A DNA stretch of 44,890 bases, the filler included, from Sphacelaria rigidula (taxonomy: Eukaryota): the NCBI GenBank assembly GCA_964200075.2. It is 2 parts of 2 records of this genome, joined end to end, with 100 filler letters (N's around TTAATTAATTAA, not from the genome) between each part and the next. Parts side by side here need not be neighbours in the genome. Positions count along the whole stretch, not along the records: positions 1 to 22,400 come from CAXNAA020000337.1; positions 22,501 to 44,890 come from CAXNAA020000338.1. One strand, 5' to 3'. How positions within the stretch are numbered: the stretch's first letter is position 1; each line of letters begins with the position of its first letter. The notes below the pieces were generated by a model, which saw nothing but the letters and a program-made list of their open reading frames with translations, ran no database searches and was not told the DNA's origin. The translations under genes were made by a program, and so were the position numbers. Below are positions 12,955 through 23,393 of this stretch, in pieces.

Positions 12955-15785
12955 GTTCCTCGCCTTTATCCTGGGTGCATGTTGCTGTCCCAGCTGCATC
13001 ACCGTCAACTCGAGCGGGAGGTGGACATTAACGCCGTATTGACCTCTGACGAAGAGTCGGCCTTGACCGTATGCAGGTGCGGTTTACATCGTCTTCGGCC
13101 ATTGTCGGAATGAATATCCAGGGTTGCACCTCATCTCGGGCAGCCGCCAACAGAACGATGTCAATTAGGGCTGGCTACGCCGACATACTCGTGTGCTCGA
13201 GGGATCATAAACTGGTGCACGTCGCCGGGGCCGTCCTTCTTTAATGGGGCGTTGCATTGCCGGACTGCCTTGTGCAAGGGGGAATATAACTTACGTTTCG
13301 GCATTTATTGAACATCTTCAGCTTTTCCTGTCTGCACTCTTCCCTACACGGCTACTCAGCCATAGTAGGGAGTTACTGGGATTGGTGCACGCAACGGTGG
13401 TGTAGTTAGGCAGTGTGCGAGTGAAGTACACACACTAAGAGTCATGCTCCCCCCATCGCTGGCACTGGCCTATCCACCGCGCTTCCTTAGGACTCTCGTC
13501 ACAACCATCCTTCTCGACGGAACGACCATGGCCGCCGTGGGAGCGCAGCTTTTGCGCACAGAAAGCAACCCAAACGACGCCAGGTTCATGTAAGGGTTAT
13601 GCCGGCGTCAGTGCTGTGTTCTGTCAACGATGTGTTGCTGCAACCATGAACTCCTCCTGAAACAGTCATGTGCTTCACGGCAACGGTCGCTGAACTCACG
13701 GCCTGCAGAAAAAGCTTTTTGACGACTGTATGGCATGGCGGATTTTTGTCCCATGAACAATAAATACCCTCGAATGTCCAACCGTGGTTTTTAGGATTTG
13801 GCCTTCCCTATCGTTCTCACATGCTTCATCGGAGTGATGGTCGTTCGCCAAAATGATGCAAACCTATTGTAGCGGGCCATTTGGCAGAGGTTAGGTGAAC
13901 GGGGCAGCAAAATCGAACGCGAACCTACTGCGTGAATATTCTCCTGAGATAGCTCGCCGTGAGAATGCTGGGGCGCTCAGCCTGCTAAACCTCTCGGTGC
14001 AAGAGACATGTGTGAGGGGCAAAATTAGAAAGGTATCCCGCCTCCTTTTGGATGAAATTGGCACATTACAGACTGAACGTTTGCAATCTCTAGCGAGCCG
14101 ATGGATTCGTTTTTTCACGAAGTGCAGTACGGTGTTTCCGTATGCACTGCAAAAAGCAAAATGCGCTACGTCCGGAGGATACGGCAAAAGTAGGCGCATT
14201 TGCCTCCTTCGCCCGCTGGTATTTTCCTCTCGAAACGAATGAAGGTCGACAAGCAATCCGCTGGGTGATCATCGGCCTTGCACTACCAATAAACCAATGC
14301 GATGTGTGGGATCGGGCGCCTCACACTCTGCGTCATATTTCCATCGCTCTTGCGATGCAATTTTGTTGCCTCGATCTAACTAGTAGCTGCGTTAACCATC
14401 TGATCTTGCCTTTTCCAGTGCCATTTGTACAGGCTTGGATAATCTACGATACGAGACATCTGTCCAGTTCTTCATGGATACTGACGCGTCATTGGAGGAT
14501 CTCAAGGAACAGTGTCCCGCGCCAAACGCCCCCGCCGTCAGAAACGCCATCGCGTTCTTCACCAAGGCAAGAGTGAAACAACGGTATCAAACGACACTGT
14601 GTGCTGGCGTACGAAAAGTGTCTGAGCACCCCACGACCTAGCGAACGGGAGTTTGGTGAGCCAGCACCAAACCCCTTCGCGTCGTGAGTAGAGAGAACGC
14701 ATAAAAATATTTCACGTTGAGTAATCTACAACTTGTTCTCGACGCCGAAGCGCTTTCGAAATATGCTTCTTGTTCAATGTACAACTTTCCAGACGAGTCA
14801 TGATGCGGACTATCACGCCCCCCCTTCGTACATAATCACAGAGGGAGAAGTGGTTGCTGCAAACAGGTGCGGGTGGGTAAGTGGTGAACTGTGGGCGCGC
14901 GTGTAAGTGTTCCAGATGCTTTCTCTTAAATTGACCATCCAGGTAATCGAGGATGCCAAGGCTACGATCGGGCCGGACTCGGGGGGAGCCGTTCTTAGCG
15001 GCACACGATCACAGAAGCAGCAGCAGCAGCAGCAGCAGCGGGATCAACGTACTGGCGCACTACAGAAGCTTGCTCTGGAGGTACAGTGTAAAGCATCCGC
15101 AGTGGGACGAGGCGACACGCGCCACTTGCCCCCCTGTCCCTCTGCTCGAGCTCAAGAGGCACATAATGGGAGTAAATTTGATAGTACAACACTCACGACA
15201 CGACCTCGCAGTCGGGGTACAAATGTGCTTGAGATAATCGTCCTCACTAAGACCGCAAGCCCGGCGTACTCGTCAAGAAATGCTTCCAGTCTAAACGGAC
15301 GTACTGTCCACCCCGCGATAGCACGCGCTGATCGCGTGATTGCCGACACACATCCCAGCAAGACAATCCGCCCGCACCGTTTTCAACGCTGTCATGTGTC
15401 CCTCACCGCCACTTGTTTTCTTCACACTTGTGAATAGGTGCGCCAGGCGTCAAGCACTAAGACCTCGAGCCTCGGCGAGCCTGCCGAAGGCTTGGAACAC
15501 AATTCTGAACAAGGTAGGAGCCCCGTCGGCAAGCGCAAGGTCGGAGTCGGCGGAAGTGTAGATCGTGCAAGGGGGTCCGGCAGTGATGATAACACGGCTG
15601 TGTCAGATATATCTGCATCCGCCCGGCAACGTACGACGGGCGGTGCCGTGCCCGTAATTCGAGGACGCCGGGCTGTTGCGGGGCGTCGCCGGTGTCACGC
15701 AGACGAAGAGGATGCCGCCGACGACCCCACAGACACTATCTCTCATGATGCAGACAGGCTCGAGTGGATCCTTCTCCGATTGCAG
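12955..15785 (+). other. Putative non-conserved exons (12955-13076, 13491-13589, about 13873/13895-14263, 14433-14566, 14943-15080, 15438-15785) forming a long insertion at the HAT autoinhibitory-loop position
   Basis: Mostly phase-compatible splice sites between the LSYFGD and DDDPV motifs. Includes a poly-Q (CAG)7 and an S/G/R-rich segment. TGA at 14240-14242 lies in the bridging frame. Confidence 0.45.
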
Positions 15786-16186
15786 GTGTGGAGAACTATC
15801 GTAGCGCGGTAGGACCCGGGGAGGGGAAAACACACCCCTGCACAAGGGACATGCTCGAATACTGGAGTTAGATGGTGTTAGAGCTGATGTTTTGTTTTCT
15901 TCGCGGGCTCCGTCAGCCACAATTTCCGAACGTTCGATCCAATGCAGGCGTGGTTTCGGTGATTCTTTCTGGATTTGTGTAGTATCAAAGCGAACAACCG
16001 CCTGGATACGATCGTTTATCTTGCGTTCCTTGCGCCGGGTTTAGCGTCGAAATCGGGCTGTTTTTGACATACGTTTCGGGAGAAAACTCCTGTACCACCC
16101 CTAACAGCAGAAGAGGAACTTTCCTCAGGGACATCACGTTTGCGTCTCCAACCACCCGAGCCCCCCCGCACGATTGTCCTCCTCAG

Positions 16187-16393
16187 CTCGCTTGTCAAGA
16201 TATTGACCGACTGAAGGGGAGCCTTCTGGTTTTCGAGCGGGCATCAAAATACCCCGGGAAAGATAGCGACGGCGACAACAAATGCCAATATAGGGAAGGA
16301 GCAAACTGGCCGGGGTTCACAAGACACGATGATGACCCTGTGGGGCCTCATCCCCTGTTGGGAAATCGGGTCGGGTTCCTCGAAACTCTGCAG
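16187..16393 (+). CDS. p300/CBP-like exon: C-terminal HAT subdomain
   Basis: cctcag|CTC...CAG|gtgaga; IDRLKGSLLVFE...HDDDPVGPHPLLGNRVGFLETLQ, versus MEKHKEVFFVIR...DPDPLIPCDLMDGRDAFLTLAR. Confidence 0.8.
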
Positions 16394-17404
16394 GTGAGAC
16401 GGGTGAATACGGAGAGTGTGCAAAAATGTTGACCGCAGTGGGGGAAGAAGAACCGGAAAACGCATCTGACGCGGGCAGACACCAAGCTCAATGCGCGACA
16501 CAAGCTGTGTCGATAATCTGCATATATCAAGTTCACTGTTGCAAAATTCGCTCCTTCATCTGGCTGGGTTCAGTATATGAATGCTACAGTAGATCTCGGC
16601 ACCCTCTTCCCTAGTTTTCTGGAGGCGACGTCGTGTCGTTTTTGTCTGCGTGTCGTTGGCCTGTTGGTGTGCTGCTCTTGCTGTGGACACGGGATACGCA
16701 TATTAAAGGCAGGGGCGCAAAATTTCGCCCCAATCCTTCTCTGCATCGTTCTGTTGTTGTAAGACGTTCCTCGCTACTAGAGTGAGAACCTGCCACCTAG
16801 GGCCGCCGCCACCGACGCGTGCGCAGCCTCGTCTCTTCGCGCCCTGCCGATGAAGGCAAACAAGGGCGCTAGTGGCCAGAGTCTGCGGAGTTGCCCTGGA
16901 AACCTGAAAGTTGCACCAGAGTCTCGTGTTTTTTGCGACCCGGACTGAGTTCTGGATCAGTTTTAGATCGTTCTAGTATACGGCGGCGTCGACCGATTGA
17001 GGTTTGACATGCCACGCCGCCATTGTCTCGTTTATTCACGACGAGGAACATAGGGTTTCCTCTAGTGGGTGTGGGCTACGCCATGATTTCACAGAGGGGA
17101 GGGTTTTGAATGCCTGCACCGTTGTTATCAGGCAGATGGACCTTTCCGTACTCGAGTGGCTGGCTGCACGACAAGTACGTGGTGATTTGACGGGCGATTC
17201 GATTGTTCTGATCTAAAACCCGTCCGCGGTAGCGCTGCCGCACGGGGTTTCTAGGACCGCTTGTAGATCGGATGGCGAAATTACGTGACTACGAAGTGGA
17301 CCGCCTGGACGGGGTCAGCGACCAGCGACCTTGATCAACATCTCACCATCCCGGCTCTTGCCACACCCCGTATCTCAATCGTTTCCCCGCGCAATTCACT
17401 GCAG

Positions 17405-17595
17405 TTCAATGCCTTACCAATGGACAGCGTCAGGTCCACCACGCACACTTTCCGGGCAATCGTGGAGTCCCTTCACAATCCTGCGGAATGCGTTCGGCGC
17501 CTGATGCCCCAGTGCGTCACCTGCTTGGAGGAAGGAGCCGGCGAGCCATTTATACAGCAAGTGCGATATCACTGCGATCTTTGTGACATGGACTG
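17405..17595 (+). CDS. p300/CBP-like exon: end of HAT and start of ZZ zinc finger
   Basis: ctgcag|TTC...TG|gtgagc; the spliced FLETLQ|FNALPMDSVRSTTHTFRAIVESLHNP aligns without gaps to CBP-family FL.LCQGNHYQFD.LRRAKHTSMMVLYHLHNP; then QCVTC...RYHCDLCDMD. Confidence 0.85.
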
Positions 17596-17949
17596 GTGAG
17601 CAAGGACCCCCTTTCCAGGCACCTACGATGGCAACGTACATTGCAACGCGGATATTGTCACTGGCCCCCACTTCTAAAACGCCGCTCTGTAGTCGAACTA
17701 TGCGTCCCCGTCCGGACACCAAGTTTTACTGCCCCACGGAAAGCGAACCCAAGATTTGTGTCGAAGTTCAAAATCATAATTTTTACATCCTTGATGCTCT
17801 TTTATAGGCTCAAAAGGCTTGAGACCGTGGTGAACCGTGTTGCTTGGTAGAACAAATCGGGGAGACCTGGATTTTCTGTTTTTGCAAACCGTTGACTGAA
17901 CGCTGTTGTACATCGTATTTGTTTGAAACGCTGCTGATCTCTGCTACAG

Positions 17950-18100
17950 GTGCAGCTCCCACAAACCAGAACCAGAGTTCACGGACGGGTACAAGAAAGG
18001 GAAAGGGGAAGGAAAATCGTCCAGATATCCACGTCTGTGCATCATCTATTGTCCTGATGCGCTGTGCAAGGGCCACCTAACCCCTTATACTGTTTCGACG
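17950..18100 (+). CDS. p300/CBP-like exon: end of ZZ finger
   Basis: ctacag|G TGC AGC..., phase matches the previous exon; WCSSH...CIIYCPDALCKGHLTPYTVST|gtaatt. Confidence 0.65.
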
Positions 18101-18848
18101 GTAATTTCTCATTGATAAGTACTCTAAAGGGGTGCTAGAAAATCATCACTTTTTGTCGGCGATAGGTTCGGCTGTACCTATGATCGTTTGGGGCTGAATA
18201 CCGAGTGATGAGTGTGGGCATTCTTGACGCGTGTTGCCTTTCTTCTTGTCTCTGCGTGAAGTCTGGCTTCGAAATATTTGCGCGACCGAGATCAGAGGTT
18301 TTCCCAGTGAGGTTCGGAGCGGCGCACGTACGCTCAGCAGGGTGCCGTGGCACTGTCCGGGAAGAAATGGATGCACGCCCGTCGGTATGATGCTTCTTGC
18401 ATAATTTGTGGTGGAAGCCGTTTCAAAATGGACTATCTCATTTTCCTCGCGATCGCCACAGACAGCCTTGCTTCTCACGCACAAAATACGGTGTTTATTG
18501 GGAGAGAATCCACGGGGCACGAGATAGAACCAGCGACGGCAAATGGGCAGGGCTGTGTATTGGGGCAAATACACACTTGTCAATGTCAAAACGTGACCAT
18601 TTATTGACAGTGGTCAACAAGCGACACCAGTTTACGATTATATTGATACGCATGTCAGGTCGTGACTCACCGATTGTGCGTATTCTATGGTCATTAACCG
18701 CAATGATCATTCTATCTTGTTAGTGCCATTATCTAGCCGGAATCGTGCCTCGCAGGGGCTTGGTGCAGCAACGCAATTCCCGGTGGGAGGCCAGTAGTAT
18801 GAACAACTCCCGTTTGATTTCTCACGACGACAATACTTCAGTGAACAG

Positions 18849-19153
18849 CATCGAACCTACGCGCTTTTGTACTACTTACATTCCCGCTGCCCCATTTTTG
18901 TCGACGATGTCCCGCTCTATGTGCGTGGAACGGTACTCTCGGGCGGTTGAAACGAGCTCAATTCGAAGAGAGGCATAACCGGTATCTTTTTCGCCTTCGA
19001 CGGCGCCTCCGGCGGGGCCCCTTTACCAGCGCCATGGGGGGGGAGTTGCCTCCGGCCGCGCCCTCGCGTGGCAGCTGCACGGACACACGCACCCAACACA
19101 TTGCTGATAATGCACTCATGAATGAAACGGATCTGCAGTACGTATATACATAA
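18849..19153 (+). pseudogene. Putative last exon: frameshifted TAZ2-like end
   Basis: gaacag|HRTYALLYYLHSRCP, then a shift at the T5 run (18895-18899) to CRRCPALC...LKRAQFEERHNRYLFRLRRRLRR; versus IALCCYHAKHC..KCPVPFC..IKQKLRQQQ..MLRRRM. Confidence 0.5.
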
Positions 19154-19432
19154 CGTTGGTGAAATGGGCCGATACGATACGTAGCTGCAGAATTGAGGGG
19201 CGTGCCCCAATATGATGCCCTCCACGGGGAACTCAGGCCTAGTCTTAATGAGGAAATATCGAGGAAACCGTGCTCTTTTCCTGTGAAGACGTCGGCACGA
19301 TTACTATATCTATACTAGCCATGTATGGTAGAACCGCTTTTTTTAGTCGCTCGGGAAGCGAGCTATATCACAACTTCCAGGGGGCAGTGAGAAACAATTC
19401 TGGACACATGGGCGCCAAAATCGAACATCTGG

Positions 19433-19635
19433 AAGGGCAGGTCGAGTAAAGTATACTCAATCGCGGGGTATTTCGAAAGGCGTATTTGAGGTACTTAAAT
19501 TAGGGTAGAGTGTTACGAGTCGTACCCAAGAAAAAACTGGAAAGCGATGCCTAAAACCCTCCCCCCAACTTGTGTACTTCAAGTACGACTTTCAAAATAT
19601 CCCGCAACTGAGTATACTCTACTCGACCTGCCCTT
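19433..19635. mobile_element. MITE-like element, about 200 bp with about 62 bp terminal inverted repeats
   Basis: AAGGGCAGGTCGAGTAAAGTATACTCAATCGCGGGGTATTTCGAAAGGCGTATTTGAGGTAC at 19433-19494; its near reverse complement at 19574-19635. Confidence 0.8.
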
Positions 19636-19749
19636 GAAAATTTGCGTTTTTGACGGGGGTGGAGGGGGAGGGGAGAGACACACAGTCGTGTGTCACCTGG
19701 TGTATTGCCGAAGCGTTGGTGAATGCGGTCAGCTGCTGTGGACAACAGT

Positions 19750-21870
19750 AGATGTCCTTATATATACAGTAGTGGGCGGTCTAACTATTCAGGGGTATTT
19801 TGGGGTTTTCCTCGCGTACTACTTTTCGATAGAACTCGAAATTTCCAGCGTCCGTAAATTTTGGTACAATGAATATATCATCCTTGAAACACAGTGCTCA
19901 AGCCAGTGCCAGTTGGTGTCATCGGTCGATACGAGTAAATACCCCGTTTATCAGGAGTGTGTGATTGACCGTGAAACATGGCTTTTCGGCTCTAGTGCAA
20001 TGAGTATGTAGAATTTCGAAAATAATGAAACTGTATATTGTCCACAAATATGATCGGGACAGGCTCGTTCGACCGAGAATATCGAAGAGTAAGAATCTGG
20101 GCTGAAACGTGGCAGGACCTCCGATGACCGGTCAGCCCGTAAGTCACTACGCATTGAGTGCAGATGATTGTGTTTTCTTGGAATGTGGAGCGGATACAAA
20201 TATCTTCAGATCCCCAATGTGATAAGCGGTGGCAAGCGAAATGAGGCCAAGAAAATCGCCAATCACGAAAAACTCAACACCCTGGACAATACAGTTTGTG
20301 ATATATATTGCTCGCTCAATATGTCGACGCGTCGGATGCTCAATATATATATATATATATATATATTGGGCGAGCAATATGATGGCAAGAGAGACAAGTC
20401 GATATATATATATATATATATATATTGTGTCATCAGTATGTCAAGACTCGCGGTGTGCAATATATATCGACCGAACAATATCTTACGACACGCGCCACCT
20501 CAGTATATATTAGCCGAGTAATATGTTGGTGCGGCAAGGCACCAATATATATTTGTCGAGTAATATATTGGCTGCCACACGAGGTCAATATATATGTACA
20601 TGTATCATTTACCTTTTCCCACCCGTTTTGCCGAGTTTCCTCAGGCGGCACGGTATGTTATCCCACCCTTTTTTTTGCAGTGCCGAAGAAGGTGCAGCGC
20701 TACATTACCTTTCAGGTTTTGGGTGTCATCTGATACCTATGGCGCGTGTTCTGGCCATCGAAAGTCGCCCACACTGGCTCTTTTTCGCGAGGTGTCGATC
20801 GCGAACCACAAAAGCCTCTTCGAACGATGAAAAACTTCAAACAGGAACCTAAACGACAAAAGCCTGTTCATGGCGGGGTAGTTCTTTGCGTTTTCGTTGA
20901 TTCAGAAGCACGAAGACAGCGGTCAAATATATATCTTGGCTACACAATAGCGATGCGATGAGCGTGTGCAATACATATTGGGAAAACAACATTCTTGCAT
21001 ATTTTTTTGCTGAATATATATCGTGACAACAATATGTTATGCATCGCTCCGACTCAATATATATTGATACTTCAATATATACACGGCTGGCATGCACAAT
21101 ATATATTGAATGTTCTGTTCCCGGAGCAAAAACGTGTCCAATATGTACTGCCATGCAATACTCTGTGATCATGACCCGAGAAGTATATATTGCTGCTTCA
21201 ATGTCTCCGAGGGCATCTGAACATAATATATAGTGAAAGGTCGATATTCGCACTGTCTTCAATATAAAGTAGATTGATATCATATTAGAACATATTGTAT
21301 TTCCCAAGGTATAAGCAACACAGCACCAGTAACCAGAGGGTACCAAAAGGCGCATATCGACCCGCGTTTTCTGCCGTCGTACAGTTTAGCCACGATATGT
21401 TACGTTCTGTGAAGAGTATGGGCGGCACCGCACCACTGGCCAGATAGGTATCAGAAAATATTTACACTGGGTCGCCTCTTCTGTCACCATATTTTCCGGC
21501 CAATACAAACTCTTTCGACAACTCTCCGTAGCCACAGACGAGAACTTCTGCGGCTCCCTTTCATGCAGGTTTTCCCTATCCGCACGGGCTCCGGCATCCA
21601 TGGCGTCTGGACCCTTTTTAAAGCGTACACCATACTTGAAATATCGCATGGCCTTTGGGGTTGGTGGGACTTTGCAGAGCCGATGTCCCTGCAGAATATC
21701 GATGTTGGCGATTGCCGCCGTCTTGACGCCCTCCGGTACACGGGTTGTTGCCGTAAGTCATCGACGCGACAAGACGGCACAGTCATTGTTCCTCGGCCCC
21801 CGCCAGATCCCACAACTGCACCCATCGTCGTCTGACCTTGTCGAACCATCACCACTCAGTACTCGCCGCT
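19750..21870 (-). mobile_element. Possible heavily decayed hAT-like transposase, split by the 20278-21311 element
   Basis: Fragments MRYFKYGVRF...KFSSVATESCRK (BED-like), HICGQYTVSLFSKFYI and YLLVSTDDTNWH in hAT order. The similarity is weak. Confidence 0.25.
20278..21311. mobile_element. Non-autonomous TIR element related at its ends to 8890-10741
   Basis: Left end CACCCTGGACAATACA; right end TGTATTTCCCAAGGTA (degenerate inverted match); subterminal 42-43 bp units with CAATATATAT cores, two of them expanded to (TA)n runs. Confidence 0.65.
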
Positions 21871-22400
21871 AGCGGTCGGCTCACTAGCTTTACGAAATAA
21901 ATGCGTCCATTTTCTACTGTTTTTGACTGTCTTTTTAAATGCAAACGGTCGCCTTGCTCCTTCGTTATGCGGTGGAGAGAGGGGGATGGTGGGCGGGTGG
22001 TCTCTAGAAGGACAGAGAGCCACAAAATCATGTTTTCCCGTGGACAGCTGAGAGCCACAGACGAGTTTTTTTCCACGGGCAGCTGGCAGCCATTCATCCT
22101 TTTTGTAGCTGACTGCCACGAAATAGAACATACCCTGAGAGGTGACTAGCTCGTACGCAACGGAGTCATATCAAACTTAAGTCTCCCGATATAGTAAAAA
22201 AGTAATTTGCAGGAAACAACACCGGAGCTTTGAGTATGAAATACCCCCGATGTTCGTAGTTTGTTTGCTGGCTCTGGGACACGGCATTGTTTCAAGTAAG
22301 AGTGATGATTCATTTGCCAGTGTAATAACATCTGTGACGCTAGCAGGTCTGCTAGTACTGCAGTGTCTAAATGCTGTTGAGGGACTCCCCAGGTCTTCTG

Positions 22401-22500
22401 NNNNNNNNNNNNNNNNNNNNNNNNNNNNNNNNNNNNNNNNNNNNTTAATTAATTAANNNNNNNNNNNNNNNNNNNNNNNNNNNNNNNNNNNNNNNNNNNN
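22401..22500. other. Assembly gap with artificial TTAATTAATTAA spacer (22445-22456)
   Basis: N-run of fixed 100 bp with a six-frame stop linker. Confidence 0.97.
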
Positions 22501-23289
22501 CCAACATTCTGGCGCTCATTACTTTCCTTCCGTAGCTCATTACGTTTCTTCCATACATTACTCAAAAACCTCCACTGGGCAGCGGGGGTCGGGGAACTGT
22601 GACAATGGACGTACGTTTGAAACCTTCAGGTCGATGTACAGCTTCGCACCAAGGATTCATCTGATCCCACTCCAACAGCACGCAAAAAGTCCATCTGTAA
22701 CTACCTTGACCTGAGTAAACTACCTGCATAATCGGAATACCCCAAGAAGCACCCTGTTTAGACGAAATGTTTCACGAGTCCAACCACCACGACTAAGAAC
22801 CCTAGGCTCGTAGTCGTTCAATCACACGTCGCCGTTTTTCGCGGATAGTTGTAGGAACGACTCTTTGCCGTCATAGTGTTCCGAATGTAGTCGTAGACGT
22901 TTATTTTCAGTCGTTGCACTTTCCGAAGCTGATCGTAGGGCTCGACACTCGGTCGTCGCATTCCGAATTAAGTCGTACGAGTCCTCAATCACGACTAAAT
23001 AATCGCCGAAGGTGTGAAATATTTTGCGGCATTGTCAGCCGAAAGATTTTATTGAAACGAGCCGGTGGCGCTGAAGGGGTCAAGTACCGGTACTGATAGG
23101 CTAGCATGAAAAGAAAAAACGCTTGCTCGCTAAACAAAAAGAAAACGTGTTGGAGAACAGTAAATGGGGAGATTCTAAACCAGGAAACGGAACTTAATTC
23201 TTCATTCGTAGGTTTATGTAAAAAAACTATTTATTTCGTCAAACTAAAACACAGCACACGTACCACATACAATGATTTACACGGCTCAC

Positions 23290-23393
23290 CCGGCGCCAAA
23301 ATCCACAGACCGGGCGCTGCAGCCCTTGCCCTCGACAAAGCGTCTGTGTCCGTTGCTCCAACCACCAAGCCTACGTTGTTAGACCCGTTCCAG
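23290..23393 (-). CDS. pyrF: OMP decarboxylase exon
   Basis: gtgcag|(C)[34 protein letters not shown](G)|gtgagc. Confidence 0.92.

Larger units (their letters stand above)
4820..19153 (+). pseudogene. Diverged multi-exon p300/CBP-like histone acetyltransferase gene (bromo-like, RING, PHD, HAT_KAT11, ZZ, TAZ2-like), probably partly disabled
   Basis: At least 12 phase-compatible GT-AG exons translate into motifs in p300/CBP order: IYCDEC, LVQCSCCGDWGHL|ACFMHN..LACPKC, TNLGDYIEQEL..IHVRVVSVD, IEYMDT, RLWSSP..YFFFGHPPHQ..RLNGYY, LSYFGD, DDDPV..LLGNRVGFL..HT..LHNP, ZZ finger. In-frame stops at 12363 and 14240 and a probable frameshift near 18895. The 5' end is not determined. Confidence 0.8.

Noticed and set aside
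22445-22456. TTAATTAATTAA palindrome
   Set aside because: Artificial scaffold spacer inside the N-run.
22620-22650. Minus-strand LYIDLK as an OPRT exon (YIDLR)
   Set aside because: The preceding LKSG..SP motif and suitable splice context are absent.
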